This document shows positions 47,986 through 58,800 of a stretch of 64,000 nt of DNA, in pieces (position 1 is the stretch's first letter; every line of letters starts with the position of its first letter). The notes beneath the pieces were generated by a model. That model did no database searches. It was not told the origin of the DNA and saw only the letters and a program-made list of their open reading frames with translations. Source of the stretch: Nitrospira japonica (GTDB lineage Bacteria; Nitrospirota; Thermodesulfovibrionia; UBA6902); the NCBI GenBank assembly GCA_020723105.1, contig DYJL01000001.1, positions 198,273 to 262,272 on the forward strand, written 5' to 3'. The position numbers and the translations under genes are program-made.

Positions 47986-49308
47986 TTATATTATTTCACC
48001 AAATAGTGAATGTTGTTTGGCTTCCGTTATATTAATCCTAACGAGACGACCAATATCTTTCTCATTTCCGCAAAAGTTTACAATCTTGTTGGAAGACGTT
48101 CTTCCAGTAAGTTTATCGCTGTTTGTTTCGCTTATACCTTCAACCAGGACTTCTATTGTTTTTCCCTCTAACAGTTTGTTTTTTTTATATGTAATGATCT
48201 CCTGTATCTTTAAAATTTCTGCAAGTCTACGTGAAACAATATTTTCATCAACATGATCTGGCAGATAAAGCGCTTTTGTATCGGACCGCTTAGAATATTT
48301 AAATGCAAAGATTCCGTCAAACTTAATATCGGTAAGTGCATTTATGGTACTTTGGAAATCTGCTTCTGTTTCTCCTGGAAAGCCAGTAATAATATCTGTA
48401 GTAATTGCTATATCGGGAATTGCTGTTCTTAATATATCAATTTTGTCTTTATAAACTTTGTAAACATACCCTCTGTTCATTAAACTTAATATATTATCAG
48501 ATCCGGATTGCAGGGGCAGGTGGATATGATTACATATTTTTGGCAAGTTCCTCATCGTATCTATCAATTTTTCAGATAAATCTCTAGGATGTGATGTAAC
48601 AAATCTAATCCTCTGCAATCCCTCTATTTCATGAATAATTTTCAGAAGGTCAGGAAAATCCATATAGTCTTGAAGATTCTTGCCATAGGAATTTACATTT
48701 TGACCTAAGAGAGTAACCTCTTTGAATCCTTCCATGACAAGTGAATTAACTTCCTTGTAAACATCGTTCCAAGGCCTGCTCCTTTCCCTTCCGCGAGTAT
48801 ATGGCACTACGCAATATGCACAGTAATTATCACAGCCATACATTATAGATACCCAGGCTCTGATGCGCCCTTCCCTGCTTACAGGCAGTATTTTAGTATG
48901 ATACTCCGGATTATGACGCAATGCAGTCGTCTGAGTTACGTGTCCTGTATTTTGTGTAATATCTTTTATCCAGGTCTGTAAACTATCTATATTATCGGGA
49001 CCAAAAATAAAATCCACATAGGGAAATCTATTGAACAGCACATCGCCTTTCTGCTGTGCTATGCATCCAGCCACGGCTATTCTAAGAGCTGGTTTATCTT
49101 TCTTGATTTTCTCCAATCGGCCCAGTTCGCTGTAAAATTTTTGTTCGGCTTTTTGCCTTATATTACAAGTATTGAGAACAATCACATCTGCCTTTTTTGT
49201 TGAATCTGTGAACTCATAATCTGATACAGATAAAATACCGGCAATCTTCTCTGAGTCATGCACGTTCATCTGACAGCCGAATGTGTAGATATGGAATTTT
49301 TTAGTCAT
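47986..49308 (-). CDS. miaB: tRNA i6A37 methylthiotransferase
   Basis: TFGCQMNVHDSE, GCDNYCAYCVVPYTRGRERSR, TSHPRD, TRAM domain. Confidence 0.93.
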   Translation of the reverse strand: MTKKFHIYTFGCQMNVHDSEKIAGILSVSDYEFTDSTKKADVIVLNTCNIRQKAEQKFYSELGRLEKIKKDKPALRIAVAGCIAQQKGDVLFNRFPYVDFIFGPDNIDSLQTWIKDITQNTGHVTQTTALRHNPEYHTKILPVSREGRIRAWVSIMYGCDNYCAYCVVPYTRGRERSRPWNDVYKEVNSLVMEGFKEVTLLGQNVNSYGKNLQDYMDFPDLLKIIHEIEGLQRIRFVTSHPRDLSEKLIDTMRNLPKICNHIHLPLQSGSDNILSLMNRGYVYKVYKDKIDILRTAIPDIAITTDIITGFPGETEADFQSTINALTDIKFDGIFAFKYSKRSDTKALYLPDHVDENIVSRRLAEILKIQEIITYKKNKLLEGKTIEVLVEGISETNSDKLTGRTSSNKIVNFCGNEKDIGRLVRINITEAKQHSLFGEII

Positions 49309-49403
49309 AAAACATTACCTTATAACTACATGTACAAACGTCTGGATTAACTTTCAAAAATCGTACTTCTACAGTAACTGGAAGGCCGGTTGTCAACGCT
49401 AAA

Positions 49404-49643
49404 TCAATCTGTAATCAACCCTTTCTCTTTCATGTCTTTTACCATAAGGGCGAATTCTGCGGGGTTTTGCCGTCCTAATAATACAAGTGCGTCATATGGC
49501 TCCATAGCTCCTGACGGATCAACTGGCTGCAGGTATTTATTAAAAAGTGCAGTAAAAATGTTACGTTTTTTCTCATCAAAAAAATGATCTTCAAAGGCAA
49601 AACTGATTTTTTGTGCAATAAGCGCCATATGATCAAAATTCAT
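49404..49643 (-). CDS. Small hypothetical protein
   Basis: AAGGAG RBS; sits within the minus-strand gene run. Confidence 0.6.
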   Translation of the reverse strand: MNFDHMALIAQKISFAFEDHFFDEKKRNIFTALFNKYLQPVDPSGAMEPYDALVLLGRQNPAEFALMVKDMKEKGLITD

Positions 49644-49667
49644 AGGGATATCTCCTTAGTCTTAAAG

Positions 49668-50531
49668 TTATTTGAAAATTTCATCGGAAAAAGGAACGCC
49701 GCCCAATGATTCCTCCAGTTCCTCAAAATCGTCTTCTGATATTCCAAGTATTTTCAGTGAAGCCGGATCGAGAGGATAATTGGGCGCTTTTTCGGTTGGA
49801 CTTATAACGTTCTTTGAAGTTATATAATCAGAAAGATGTATAATTGCTACATGTTTTACATTCCTCTTTGCAAGTGAAGGTGTATGATGGAAAAGATTTA
49901 CATCCATAATTACGTCAGGCAATTTCCATTCTTCTGCAAGCCACATGCCAATATCAGAATGAGTAAAATTTAAAACTTTTTTTTCTGCATCAAGCAGATT
50001 GTTTTCTTTCTCAAAGGCGAATAATATATCTTCGAATGTTTCGGGGAAAAATCTGTTTAAAACCAGATATCCTAAATCATGCAGCATTCCAAGCATTAAG
50101 GCTTCTTCGGTTATGTCAACCTTTAGATTCTTTGCCAGCAGCCTTGCATTAAATCCGACAGCAACAGAATGATTAAATATCTTTTGATAATCAGAGGTCC
50201 TGCCACGTTTGCCGTCATCAAGTATAGTTATTAAAGATATGCCCAAAGCGATATTCTTGACATTGTTAAAACCTATCCTCATTATTGCATTGCTGAGCGC
50301 CTGTGTGCTTATTTGAAATCCAAACAACGCAGAACTTGCAACACTCAGGATTTTTGCTGATATGGCAGGGTCTTTCTCAATAATATTTTCAAGCTTTTCT
50401 ACAGAAAGCAAATTATTGCTGAGCAGGCTTAATACTTCCTGTGCTATCACCGGTATGGTTGGAAGGTTCTTTATATTTTTGACGAAATCTTTTAAGGATT
50501 CATTCATGTTTACATTATACTTTTTAAACAT
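49668..50531 (-). CDS. HDOD-domain protein
   Basis: LPTIP, DPAISAKIL, HS..V, LHDLG, HSDIG..LAEEWKLP, HH.P. Confidence 0.9.
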   Translation of the reverse strand: MFKKYNVNMNESLKDFVKNIKNLPTIPVIAQEVLSLLSNNLLSVEKLENIIEKDPAISAKILSVASSALFGFQISTQALSNAIMRIGFNNVKNIALGISLITILDDGKRGRTSDYQKIFNHSVAVGFNARLLAKNLKVDITEEALMLGMLHDLGYLVLNRFFPETFEDILFAFEKENNLLDAEKKVLNFTHSDIGMWLAEEWKLPDVIMDVNLFHHTPSLAKRNVKHVAIIHLSDYITSKNVISPTEKAPNYPLDPASLKILGISEDDFEELEESLGGVPFSDEIFK

Positions 50532-50560
50532 AAATTATGAAACAGATTCCCGGCTTATCT

Positions 50561-51007
50561 TTAGCAATTCTTAGAATCCAGCAGTATGGTAACCGGGCCG
50601 TCATTAATCAGATTAACTTCCATGTGAGCGCCAAAAACACCCTCTCTTACATTCAATCTGTTTTCCCGTAATAAGTCGTTAAATTTTTCCCAATATGCCT
50701 TTGCCATTTCCGGTACGGCTGACTTATCAAAACCGGGACGGTTCCCTTTTTTGGTATCAGCATAAAGTGTGAATTGGGAAACACTGAGAATTTGTCCATG
50801 AATCTGGTAAATATTTAAATTCATTTTACCTTGTTCGTCTTCGAATATGCGGAGATTCATCACTTTCCTGGCTATCCGTTCAACATCTTCCATGCTATCG
50901 TCCTTTCCTATTCCAACAAACAGAAGCATCCCCTTCCCTATTTCAGCAACTTTCTGACTGTTTACAACAACTACAGCATTCTGAACACGTTGAATGAGAA
51001 TTTTCAT
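50561..51007 (-). CDS. dtd: D-aminoacyl-tRNA deacylase
   Basis: QRV, SQFTL, KGNRPGF, NDGPVT. Confidence 0.95.
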   Translation of the reverse strand: MKILIQRVQNAVVVVNSQKVAEIGKGMLLFVGIGKDDSMEDVERIARKVMNLRIFEDEQGKMNLNIYQIHGQILSVSQFTLYADTKKGNRPGFDKSAVPEMAKAYWEKFNDLLRENRLNVREGVFGAHMEVNLINDGPVTILLDSKNC

Positions 51008-51067
51008 ATTAAGGCAAGTATATCAGAATGAGATTACCTATTAACAGGTAAAACACAGCCAACAGAG

Positions 51068-54000
51068 ATGCTTGCTTATGTTAAACTAAGAATCTCAACT
51101 ATGTCTAATGACTTTATTAAAACTATAGTCAGCAATGATGAGTTACTGCGTAACCGTTCTATAAATGCTATCCTGCAGAACAAGAATAGAAACCATATCC
51201 TGCAATTAACAGGTGAGCTCGAGACCTTCCGGCGTTCCTCAGATAATCTTTACCATAAAGTCCGGGCTTCATTGTTTTTGTTTGCAATCTATAATTTCTA
51301 CCTGCAATTCAATAAAGAGACAGTTCAATTCGGAAAAATACCTTTTGAAGGCATTAAGGCTGCTTTTGACAGGGATTTTGAAAAGGCAATTAATATTTAC
51401 TTGTCCGACGGCTCTCAAAACAGCGCTATATACAGCGCATTAGCAGACGCATACTATAACGTATCCTTCAACTATTTGATGGAGCAGGTTAAATTATCTA
51501 TTAGTCATTGCAGAGAAAACTATCTTCTGTTCAATATAAAGGGCCTTGCGGATTATCCGTATCTGGTTCCGGAAGAATTAACAACCCCTGACCCTGGAAC
51601 AGGCCTTTTTGCCATTGGAATGGATGCAGCTCCGGTACGACTCGATCCATCGCATAGCGGCTGGTCCGATATTTTCTTTCTTGGAATGGATTTTCCTGAA
51701 GGCGCCAGGGTTGTCAATCTGTCAGTTAATTTAAAAATCCATGGAACTGATAATCCGATATTGCCACCATGTGAATGCTATACACAAATTATAGAAGAGC
51801 CTGTTATCCATCTAAAATCAATTGACCTGAAAACCTCAAAAAAAATATATACCCTGCAGGAACTTTTTAATTTTGGAAATGACTATTTGTCACTTCTGAA
51901 AGCAGGGGTTGTAGCATCAGGAATTGTGCCTCCATGTTTTGAGAGGAAAAATATATCGCTAAAGGACCTGCTGCATAAACTGCTTGGTAAATGCGGCGGC
52001 ATAAAAATTGTGACGAAAGTTCATGGCATTCCTAAGGGTTCCAGACTGGCGGTAAGCACAACACTCCTTTCAACAGTTATAACACGATTAATGAGATTCA
52101 GCGGGCAAATAGAAAATCAGACCGGAACCTTAACAGAAGAGCAGAGGAGAGTTGTAGCCTCCAGGGCTATCCTTGGCGAGTGGCTCGGGGGCTCAGGCGG
52201 AGGCTGGCAGGATTCAGGGGGCCTTTGGCCCGGCATTAAATTGATTACCGGCAAATTAGCTGACTCTGAGGATCCTGAATTTGGAGTAAGCAGAGGGTGT
52301 TTACTGCCTGAACATAATGTGTTTTCAAGAGAGGAACTATCAGAAGAAGTTGAACAAAAGATTGTTGATTCGATGGTGTTAATCCACGGTGGAATTTCAC
52401 AGGATGTCGGTCCTATTCTCGAAATGGTTACAGAAAAATATCTTTTAAAACATGAGAGGGAATGGAAAGCAAGGTTAAAGGGAATAGAATTGTTTGATAA
52501 AATTATAGAGGTCCTGAAGGCTGGCGATATGCGGAAACTCGGCAGACTTACAACAGAGGATTGGGAAAAATCCATACAGAATGTAATCCCATGGGTTAAT
52601 AATGCCTTTACAGAAGATTTGATAAAAAGGACGAAAAAAGAATTTGGAGAAGACTACTGGGGATTTTTAATGCTTGGAGGCATGTCAGGCGGCGGTATGG
52701 CTTTCATTATAAATCCGAAAATCAAAGAAGTTTTCAAAGACAGGATAAGCAATATCATGCTCGAACTGAAACAGACATACAGTGCCTCCCTGCCCTTCAT
52801 CATTGACCCTGTAGTGTATGATTTTGAAATTAATCATAATGGGATAGTCTCAAAATTACTGAAAGGCCCTGATGCAAAAATGCCTCATTTCACTGATGAA
52901 CCGCTGCCATTACAGGATAATCAGGAATCTATTGAAGCAGAACTACCCTCCCAGGCCCACCCAGAGAATGACAATGTTAATCCGTTGTCCTCAGATCAGA
53001 TCAACGAAGATGAAATCAGGAATCGTTACGGCTTTGATTTAAAATCACATGAGTATATGAAAACGTTATTAAAGAACGGAGATATAGGGCTTGTAAAAAA
53101 CCGTCTTCCCTTAACAATAAAAATTGAGGATGTTGCATATGAAGATGTTTTTCATTTCGAAGACGAAGGTAGTCCCGTTAATTATGATGAATTTCATTCA
53201 ACGGGTATAGAGGCCTTGAGAAAAAACGAAATCGCCGTAGTTACTTTTGCAGGTGGAATGGGAAGCAGATGGTCGCATGGCGCTGCCGTGGTCAAACCCA
53301 TTAACCCGTTTATACGAATTGACGGTAAATACAGGACCTTTAGTGAAATACATCTGGCCAAAAGCAGAAGGACTGGAAACCTCCATGGACACTGGCTGCC
53401 GCATGTATTCACCACAAGTTATTTAACCAATAATGCTGTTTCTGATTATCTGAAAAAATTTAATAACTTTAATTATGAAGGCAAGATATATATTTCTCCT
53501 GCAAAATCCATAGGCCACAGGGTTTACCCTATGGAAAGAGATTTGCGTTTCTATTGGGAAGAGCAGCTTCAGCAAAAGATGGATGAAAATCTGCAGAAGG
53601 TGCAGGAAGATATTCACCGGGCCCTTATAGAATGGGCCAAATCCAAAGGGGAAGGCGATGACTATTCTGATAATAAACCTGTTTTGAGATTTAATCCGCC
53701 GGGGCATTGGCACGAAATTCCAAATCTTATAAAGAACGGTATTCTCGCAAAGATGTTGAAAGCCTGTCCGAATTTAAAATATCTTTTCTGCCATAATATT
53801 GATACAATGGGCGCTGATATAGAACCATATATACTTGGCTTACATATAGCCAGGAAATCTTGCCTGACATTTGAAGTTACTCCCAGAAGAATGGAAGATG
53901 CCGGAGGAGGGCTTGCAAAAATCAACGGACATATTCAGTTGATTGAAGGGCTTGCATTGCCAAAAGAAGAGGATGAATATAATTTAACTTATTACAATAC

Positions 54001-54373
54001 TAACAGTAACTGGATTAATATTGACCTGTTACTTAAGTTCTTTGGTCTTGACAGGAAGCTGATTTTACAATCTGAAAACTATCCGGAGGAACAGGACAGG
54101 ATACTTGCCGCCATACACATGATTGAAAAGAGAATGCCGACATACGTTACCATCAAAGAGGTAAAACATGTATGGGGCAGCGGACAGGAAGATGTTTACC
54201 CTGTGGCGCAATTTGAAAAACTGTGGGGCGATATGACGGGCCTCAAGGATGTGAATGCTAACTACATATCAGTGTCAAGATACAGGGGCACACAGTTAAA
54301 AGAACCTTCCCTGCTGGACCGATGGTTAAATGACGGATCGTTTGAATATATGAGGAGCAAATGCAGTTTTTAG
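51068..54373 (+). CDS. GHMP-type sugar kinase fused to a UGPase-like nucleotidyltransferase
   Basis: PVRLD..HSGWSD, IPKGSRLAVS, GGWQD, GGMSGGG; C-terminal AGGMGSRW, NPPGH, HNIDT, GGGLA, QFEKLWGD. Confidence 0.8.
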   Translation: MLAYVKLRISTMSNDFIKTIVSNDELLRNRSINAILQNKNRNHILQLTGELETFRRSSDNLYHKVRASLFLFAIYNFYLQFNKETVQFGKIPFEGIKAAFDRDFEKAINIYLSDGSQNSAIYSALADAYYNVSFNYLMEQVKLSISHCRENYLLFNIKGLADYPYLVPEELTTPDPGTGLFAIGMDAAPVRLDPSHSGWSDIFFLGMDFPEGARVVNLSVNLKIHGTDNPILPPCECYTQIIEEPVIHLKSIDLKTSKKIYTLQELFNFGNDYLSLLKAGVVASGIVPPCFERKNISLKDLLHKLLGKCGGIKIVTKVHGIPKGSRLAVSTTLLSTVITRLMRFSGQIENQTGTLTEEQRRVVASRAILGEWLGGSGGGWQDSGGLWPGIKLITGKLADSEDPEFGVSRGCLLPEHNVFSREELSEEVEQKIVDSMVLIHGGISQDVGPILEMVTEKYLLKHEREWKARLKGIELFDKIIEVLKAGDMRKLGRLTTEDWEKSIQNVIPWVNNAFTEDLIKRTKKEFGEDYWGFLMLGGMSGGGMAFIINPKIKEVFKDRISNIMLELKQTYSASLPFIIDPVVYDFEINHNGIVSKLLKGPDAKMPHFTDEPLPLQDNQESIEAELPSQAHPENDNVNPLSSDQINEDEIRNRYGFDLKSHEYMKTLLKNGDIGLVKNRLPLTIKIEDVAYEDVFHFEDEGSPVNYDEFHSTGIEALRKNEIAVVTFAGGMGSRWSHGAAVVKPINPFIRIDGKYRTFSEIHLAKSRRTGNLHGHWLPHVFTTSYLTNNAVSDYLKKFNNFNYEGKIYISPAKSIGHRVYPMERDLRFYWEEQLQQKMDENLQKVQEDIHRALIEWAKSKGEGDDYSDNKPVLRFNPPGHWHEIPNLIKNGILAKMLKACPNLKYLFCHNIDTMGADIEPYILGLHIARKSCLTFEVTPRRMEDAGGGLAKINGHIQLIEGLALPKEEDEYNLTYYNTNSNWINIDLLLKFFGLDRKLILQSENYPEEQDRILAAIHMIEKRMPTYVTIKEVKHVWGSGQEDVYPVAQFEKLWGDMTGLKDVNANYISVSRYRGTQLKEPSLLDRWLNDGSFEYMRSKCSF

Positions 54374-54402
54374 TTATTGGAAAGTAGTGAGTAGTCAGTA
54401 GT

Positions 54403-54549
54403 TAGCAGGTTGCTGAAAAAGTATTTTAGCTGTCTTTGCGAGCGAAGCGAAGCAAACTCACTTCTTTATAAATCAATAAGTTTGAGATTGCTTCGTCGCA
54501 AAATACGCTCCTCGCAATGACAATTACAGACTTTTTCGGCAGTCTGTTA
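54403..54549. repeat. Nested palindromic MITE/REP-like element
   Basis: tagcaggttgctgaaaaagt / actttttcggcagtctgtta enclosing tgtctttgcgag...cgaagcaaactca / tgagattgcttcg...ctcgcaatgaca. Confidence 0.75.
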
Positions 54550-54575
54550 GTCTAACCAATTTACAGGGGGTTGCT

Positions 54576-55610
54576 ATGAACAGCAAAAAGAAAGTCGCTC
54601 TGATCCAGGGTGACAACCGGAAAGAAAACATCAGGAAATGTCTCTCTCTGATTCAGGAAGATTTAGAACCAGTCAAAAAGGCAAGGCACATTCTGATCAA
54701 GCCCAACCTCGTAGCATTGGAACCTGATTTTGCAAATACACACGTAGAGACAATCGAAGCTGTAATTGAATTTATCAGAACTATTGTTCCTGATACTCCG
54801 ATAACAGTCGGTGAGAGCTCTGCATCAGCTTTCTATAAAGGCCTCCTGACTACAAAAGTTTTTGAAGATTACGATTACTATCGGCTCGAAAAAAAGTACA
54901 GCAATGTCAGGCTTATTGATTTTGACAAGGACCAGGATGTTATACAAAGCCCTATACTCTCCGTTGTCGGTGACACACATTTGAGGATAACCAGGCGTAT
55001 TCAGGGTTTTGATTATAAGATCTCTCTTGCAATTCCCAAGACACATAATTTTGCGATAGCTACCTTTGGCATAAAGAACATGGCCGGGCTTGTTCTGAGA
55101 CAGGATATGGCCATGATTCACGGAATGAAAGGTGGTATTGAGGTTGATGCTCCAAAGACCCTTCTGGACAAACTGCCGCCAGGAACAGTCTCAAAGGCGC
55201 GAAGGATCCTGCCTCCCTGGCTTATAAACTTTTTATTCAGGCAATATCCAGCCTATCGCAAAAGCGTAAAGATGATTCATTACAATATCGTTGAGATTGC
55301 AAAAAGAACCTGGCCTGACCTGGTAGTGCTTGACGGTTTTGTATGCATGGAAAATAACGGGCCTGTTGACGGCACCCCGGTTGACATGAGAATAGCAATT
55401 GCCTCCGCTGATCCGGTAAAGGCAGACGGTATTGCTGCGCGTGCAATCGGGTTTGAACCGGAAGATATAGGATATCTCTACTACCTGCAGAATAAAGAGC
55501 ATATGGGGGACTATTCGCTGGACGGCCTTGTCGGCGATGACCTAAATAAAGTGAGAAAAATATTCAAACGCCACGGGACCTATGATATACAAAGCCAGTG
55601 GAGGGAATAA
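54576..55610 (+). CDS. DUF362-domain protein
   Basis: ILIKPN, VGESS, PKTH....T.GIKN, GPVDG, DPVKAD. Confidence 0.8.
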   Translation: MNSKKKVALIQGDNRKENIRKCLSLIQEDLEPVKKARHILIKPNLVALEPDFANTHVETIEAVIEFIRTIVPDTPITVGESSASAFYKGLLTTKVFEDYDYYRLEKKYSNVRLIDFDKDQDVIQSPILSVVGDTHLRITRRIQGFDYKISLAIPKTHNFAIATFGIKNMAGLVLRQDMAMIHGMKGGIEVDAPKTLLDKLPPGTVSKARRILPPWLINFLFRQYPAYRKSVKMIHYNIVEIAKRTWPDLVVLDGFVCMENNGPVDGTPVDMRIAIASADPVKADGIAARAIGFEPEDIGYLYYLQNKEHMGDYSLDGLVGDDLNKVRKIFKRHGTYDIQSQWRE

Positions 55611-55615
55611 ATATT

Positions 55616-56284
55616 ATGAAGCGTATTCCTGAACTGGATTTAATGGACGATGCTGAACAGGCCAGAGCCTATGCGGAAGCTGATTTCTCCGAACCGCACG
55701 AGGGTTTTGTCAAACATTTTTCCTTACGCTTTCCTGATTTTTCGTCTGGAGAAGTACTGGATTTGGGATGCGGCACAGCAGATGTCATTATCAGGTTTGC
55801 ACGGGCCTTTCCCAAAGTTAATATAACAGGCATAGATGGAGCTCAGGCTATGCTTAATATTGGTTTACATGATGTAAAGAAAGAAGGTTTTGAGCACCGG
55901 ATCAAACTGCATAAATGTATGATGCCTGACAGTGAGTTGTCAAAAGAAAAATTTGATGCAGTTATTTCAAACAGCCTGCTGCATCATCTTCTGGATCCCT
56001 TAATATTGTGGCAGACTGTAAAACAGTGCGCAAAGCCAGGCGCAGCGATTTTTGTTATGGATTTATTGCGCCCTCCTGATGTAGAATTAGCAAAGAGCCT
56101 GTTACGGCTTTATGCTGCTGAAGCACCTCCATTATTACAAAAAGATTTCTTCAATTCACTATTGTCAGCATACAGTATTGAGGAGCTCAGACAGCAGATT
56201 GAGGCAGTAAATCTTGATAATCTGTGTATTGATATTGTCAGTGATCGCCATGTATTAATATGGGGGGAAGCTAATGTATATTGA
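55616..56284 (+). CDS. Class I SAM-dependent methyltransferase
   Basis: MKRIPELDLMD, VLDLGCGT, SNSLLHHL, DLLRP. Confidence 0.85.
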   Translation: MKRIPELDLMDDAEQARAYAEADFSEPHEGFVKHFSLRFPDFSSGEVLDLGCGTADVIIRFARAFPKVNITGIDGAQAMLNIGLHDVKKEGFEHRIKLHKCMMPDSELSKEKFDAVISNSLLHHLLDPLILWQTVKQCAKPGAAIFVMDLLRPPDVELAKSLLRLYAAEAPPLLQKDFFNSLLSAYSIEELRQQIEAVNLDNLCIDIVSDRHVLIWGEANVY

Positions 56285-57086
56285 TAAGAGCGAATTATTA
56301 GGCACTGCTTTCAGGGCTGCCATGCTGGCCGGAGATGTTATCCTGAAAAATATTGGCAACATTTCAGAGAAAGATATTGACATCAAACAGGCCTCAGATT
56401 TCGTAACATATGTGGACCGGGAATCAGAAAAAATTATTATACAGACCATTAAATCAAAATATCCGCAGCATCATTTTTTCACGGAAGAATCGCTAAAAGA
56501 AGAAGGCTCAGGAGAGTACCGCTGGATAATAGACCCTCTTGATGGCACCACGAATTATATTCACAGTTACCCTGTTTTTTCTCTATCTATTGCGCTTGAA
56601 TTTAACAGAGAGATAATATTAGGTTTAATTTATGATCCCTTAAGGGATGATCTTTTTACAGCAGAAACAGGTGGAGGGGCCTTTCTGAATGGAAAGCCCA
56701 TAGAGATCTCCACTGCTACTGACCTGGCTAACAGCCTTATTGCAACTGGTTTCCCTTTCCGTAAGAAAGAACTGATTGATGAATATCTGAGTCTTTTTAA
56801 AAATATTTTTGGCCGAGTATGTGACATAAGGAGGGCCGGTTCCGCAGCGCTGGATCTGGCCTATATCGCTTGCGGAAGATGTGAAGGATTCTTTGAACTG
56901 GCCCTCAGCCCCTGGGATATTGCAGCAGGAAGTCTTCTTATAAAAGAAGCTGGCGGGATTGTGACTGATTTTGGCGGAGGAAAGGATTATCTTTCAACAG
57001 GCAATATCGTAGCTGCATCGCCTTTTCTTCACGGAGCACTGCTAAATGAAGTGAAAGGCGTGTTTGAAGGAATAATAGACAGATGA
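56274..57086 (+). CDS. suhB: Inositol monophosphatase family protein
   Basis: DFVT, WIIDPLDGTTNY, RRAGSAALDL, PWDIAAG. Confidence 0.88.
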   Translation: MYIDKSELLGTAFRAAMLAGDVILKNIGNISEKDIDIKQASDFVTYVDRESEKIIIQTIKSKYPQHHFFTEESLKEEGSGEYRWIIDPLDGTTNYIHSYPVFSLSIALEFNREIILGLIYDPLRDDLFTAETGGGAFLNGKPIEISTATDLANSLIATGFPFRKKELIDEYLSLFKNIFGRVCDIRRAGSAALDLAYIACGRCEGFFELALSPWDIAAGSLLIKEAGGIVTDFGGGKDYLSTGNIVAASPFLHGALLNEVKGVFEGIIDR

Positions 57087-57108
57087 CAACCGCCTGTCCT
57101 GTAAATGT

Positions 57109-57816
57109 CTATCTGTTAGTATGGCAGTCCGTACACATCCTCGAACCTGTATTATCGGCTCTCAGAAAAAAGACCTGTCTCCCTGAGGATTTACCGTCAT
57201 TGATTTCTTTCCCTGGATACTCAACTGTATCGTGCACATCATGACATGTGGAACACTCAAAATGATTATCATTGGGACCATACAAAGGATATACTCCTCT
57301 GGATCCTACAATGGCCTTTCTGCTTGTACCAACTTTACGAGATTCTGGAAAGCCGTTGTTATCCACATCCCTTGTGGGGGCATAAATAAAACTGACCGGA
57401 TGGTTGTTTTTCAGATTGGATCCCATGTTTGAATAACTCGAAAAAAGCGGGTCATTATTTATAATGTCGTATGAAGTATCCATATTCGAACCCGGGCCGG
57501 GATAGTTTACAAGATTACTGCTGACACCATTATGGCATGTCATGCACTGACTGGAAGGCAACTGCAGGACTTCTTCTGCTTCCATGTCGAAACTGGGGCT
57601 CTCATATATTGTATAGCTTTGAGGTGGCTGGTTCCTGTTCCATAAAGGTGTTATCTCTATCTTGGAATGAGGAGTATGACACATGGCACATACTTGCAGT
57701 TCTTCATTTGTATTTCTCATAACATTAACATCGTGCGGAGTGCCCATTATAGAAGACTGGGCCTTGGAAACAAAAAACAAAATCACCAGCAACACAATAA
57801 AAATATTTTTTTTCAT
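57109..57816 (-). CDS. Periplasmic multihaem c-type cytochrome (4 CxxCH)
   Basis: Signal peptide; CAMCH, CMTCH, CSTCH, CTDCH. Confidence 0.88.
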   Translation of the reverse strand: MKKNIFIVLLVILFFVSKAQSSIMGTPHDVNVMRNTNEELQVCAMCHTPHSKIEITPLWNRNQPPQSYTIYESPSFDMEAEEVLQLPSSQCMTCHNGVSSNLVNYPGPGSNMDTSYDIINNDPLFSSYSNMGSNLKNNHPVSFIYAPTRDVDNNGFPESRKVGTSRKAIVGSRGVYPLYGPNDNHFECSTCHDVHDTVEYPGKEINDGKSSGRQVFFLRADNTGSRMCTDCHTNR

Positions 57817-57967
57817 TTTCCCCTTTCCTCCTGATAAAAATTAATAAGTTTGCCGAACCTACTGTATATATCGGCAGAAATGGGAAAATATTTAGTCCGG
57901 ATAAAAAAGACAGGATGTAGGGGGATAGGGAGCAGGGGATAAAAGTTAAAGGATTAAGGGGGTAGGC

Positions 57968-58702
57968 TTATTCGATCCTGACAAGTACTTCGGAGGGAAG
58001 TTTTCCTATTAAGTCGTTAACAGCCGTATTAAGGTCATCCCTTGATTTGGATTCGGCAGTAATTATCACCATGTATTCCTGTTTTCCACGAATTGGATAT
58101 GAACCAAATTGTACCAGAGGGTTTTCTGTAACAACGAGATTTAATATCTCTGCAAATTCAGACTCATGTGTATTGAGAAAAAGCCTTTTCAAATAAAATC
58201 CTGAGGAACGGAACCTTTCTTTAATCATTGAAAATTTTGTTGTCAGATATTCGGGAATTCCGGGAAAGATAAATATATTTCTATATGAAACTATAGGAAA
58301 GCGCATATCTTCAGATATTAATACGTCAGAGCCTTCCGGAATTTCAGCCATTTTCAGAACTGAACTGTTCACAATATGCTTGTATCTTGAGGTTAAGAAA
58401 TTCCTGATTTCTGTATTCGATACAAGCTTGACACCAAAACCCTTTGCTATGCCGGACATTGTAACATCGTCATGGGTAGGACCAACTCCTCCCGATGTAA
58501 AGACATAATCATACTGGCTGGAAAACTGCAGAGCTTCCGCTCCTATAATCTCTGTTTCATCAGGAATAACAGAAATGCGTCTTACATCCACACCAAGGCT
58601 TCTCAATTCACAAGCCAGGTAGTGCGAGTTAACATCATGCACTTTACCGGATAGTATTTCATTGCCGATAATAATTATTCCTGCTGTCGTCATTAATTTC
58701 AT
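57968..58702 (-). CDS. CinA N-terminal/molybdopterin-binding domain protein
   Basis: IGNEILSG, SGGVGPTHDD, PGIP. Confidence 0.85.
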   Translation of the reverse strand: MKLMTTAGIIIIGNEILSGKVHDVNSHYLACELRSLGVDVRRISVIPDETEIIGAEALQFSSQYDYVFTSGGVGPTHDDVTMSGIAKGFGVKLVSNTEIRNFLTSRYKHIVNSSVLKMAEIPEGSDVLISEDMRFPIVSYRNIFIFPGIPEYLTTKFSMIKERFRSSGFYLKRLFLNTHESEFAEILNLVVTENPLVQFGSYPIRGKQEYMVIITAESKSRDDLNTAVNDLIGKLPSEVLVRIE

Positions 58703-58800
58703 TTTAAATGCCTGTAATTGCTTAACGTTATCAAGTCTTGATTTATTAAAGTTTTTCTATGCTTATACCGATAGATAGCATATGAATTTCCAATAAATTA

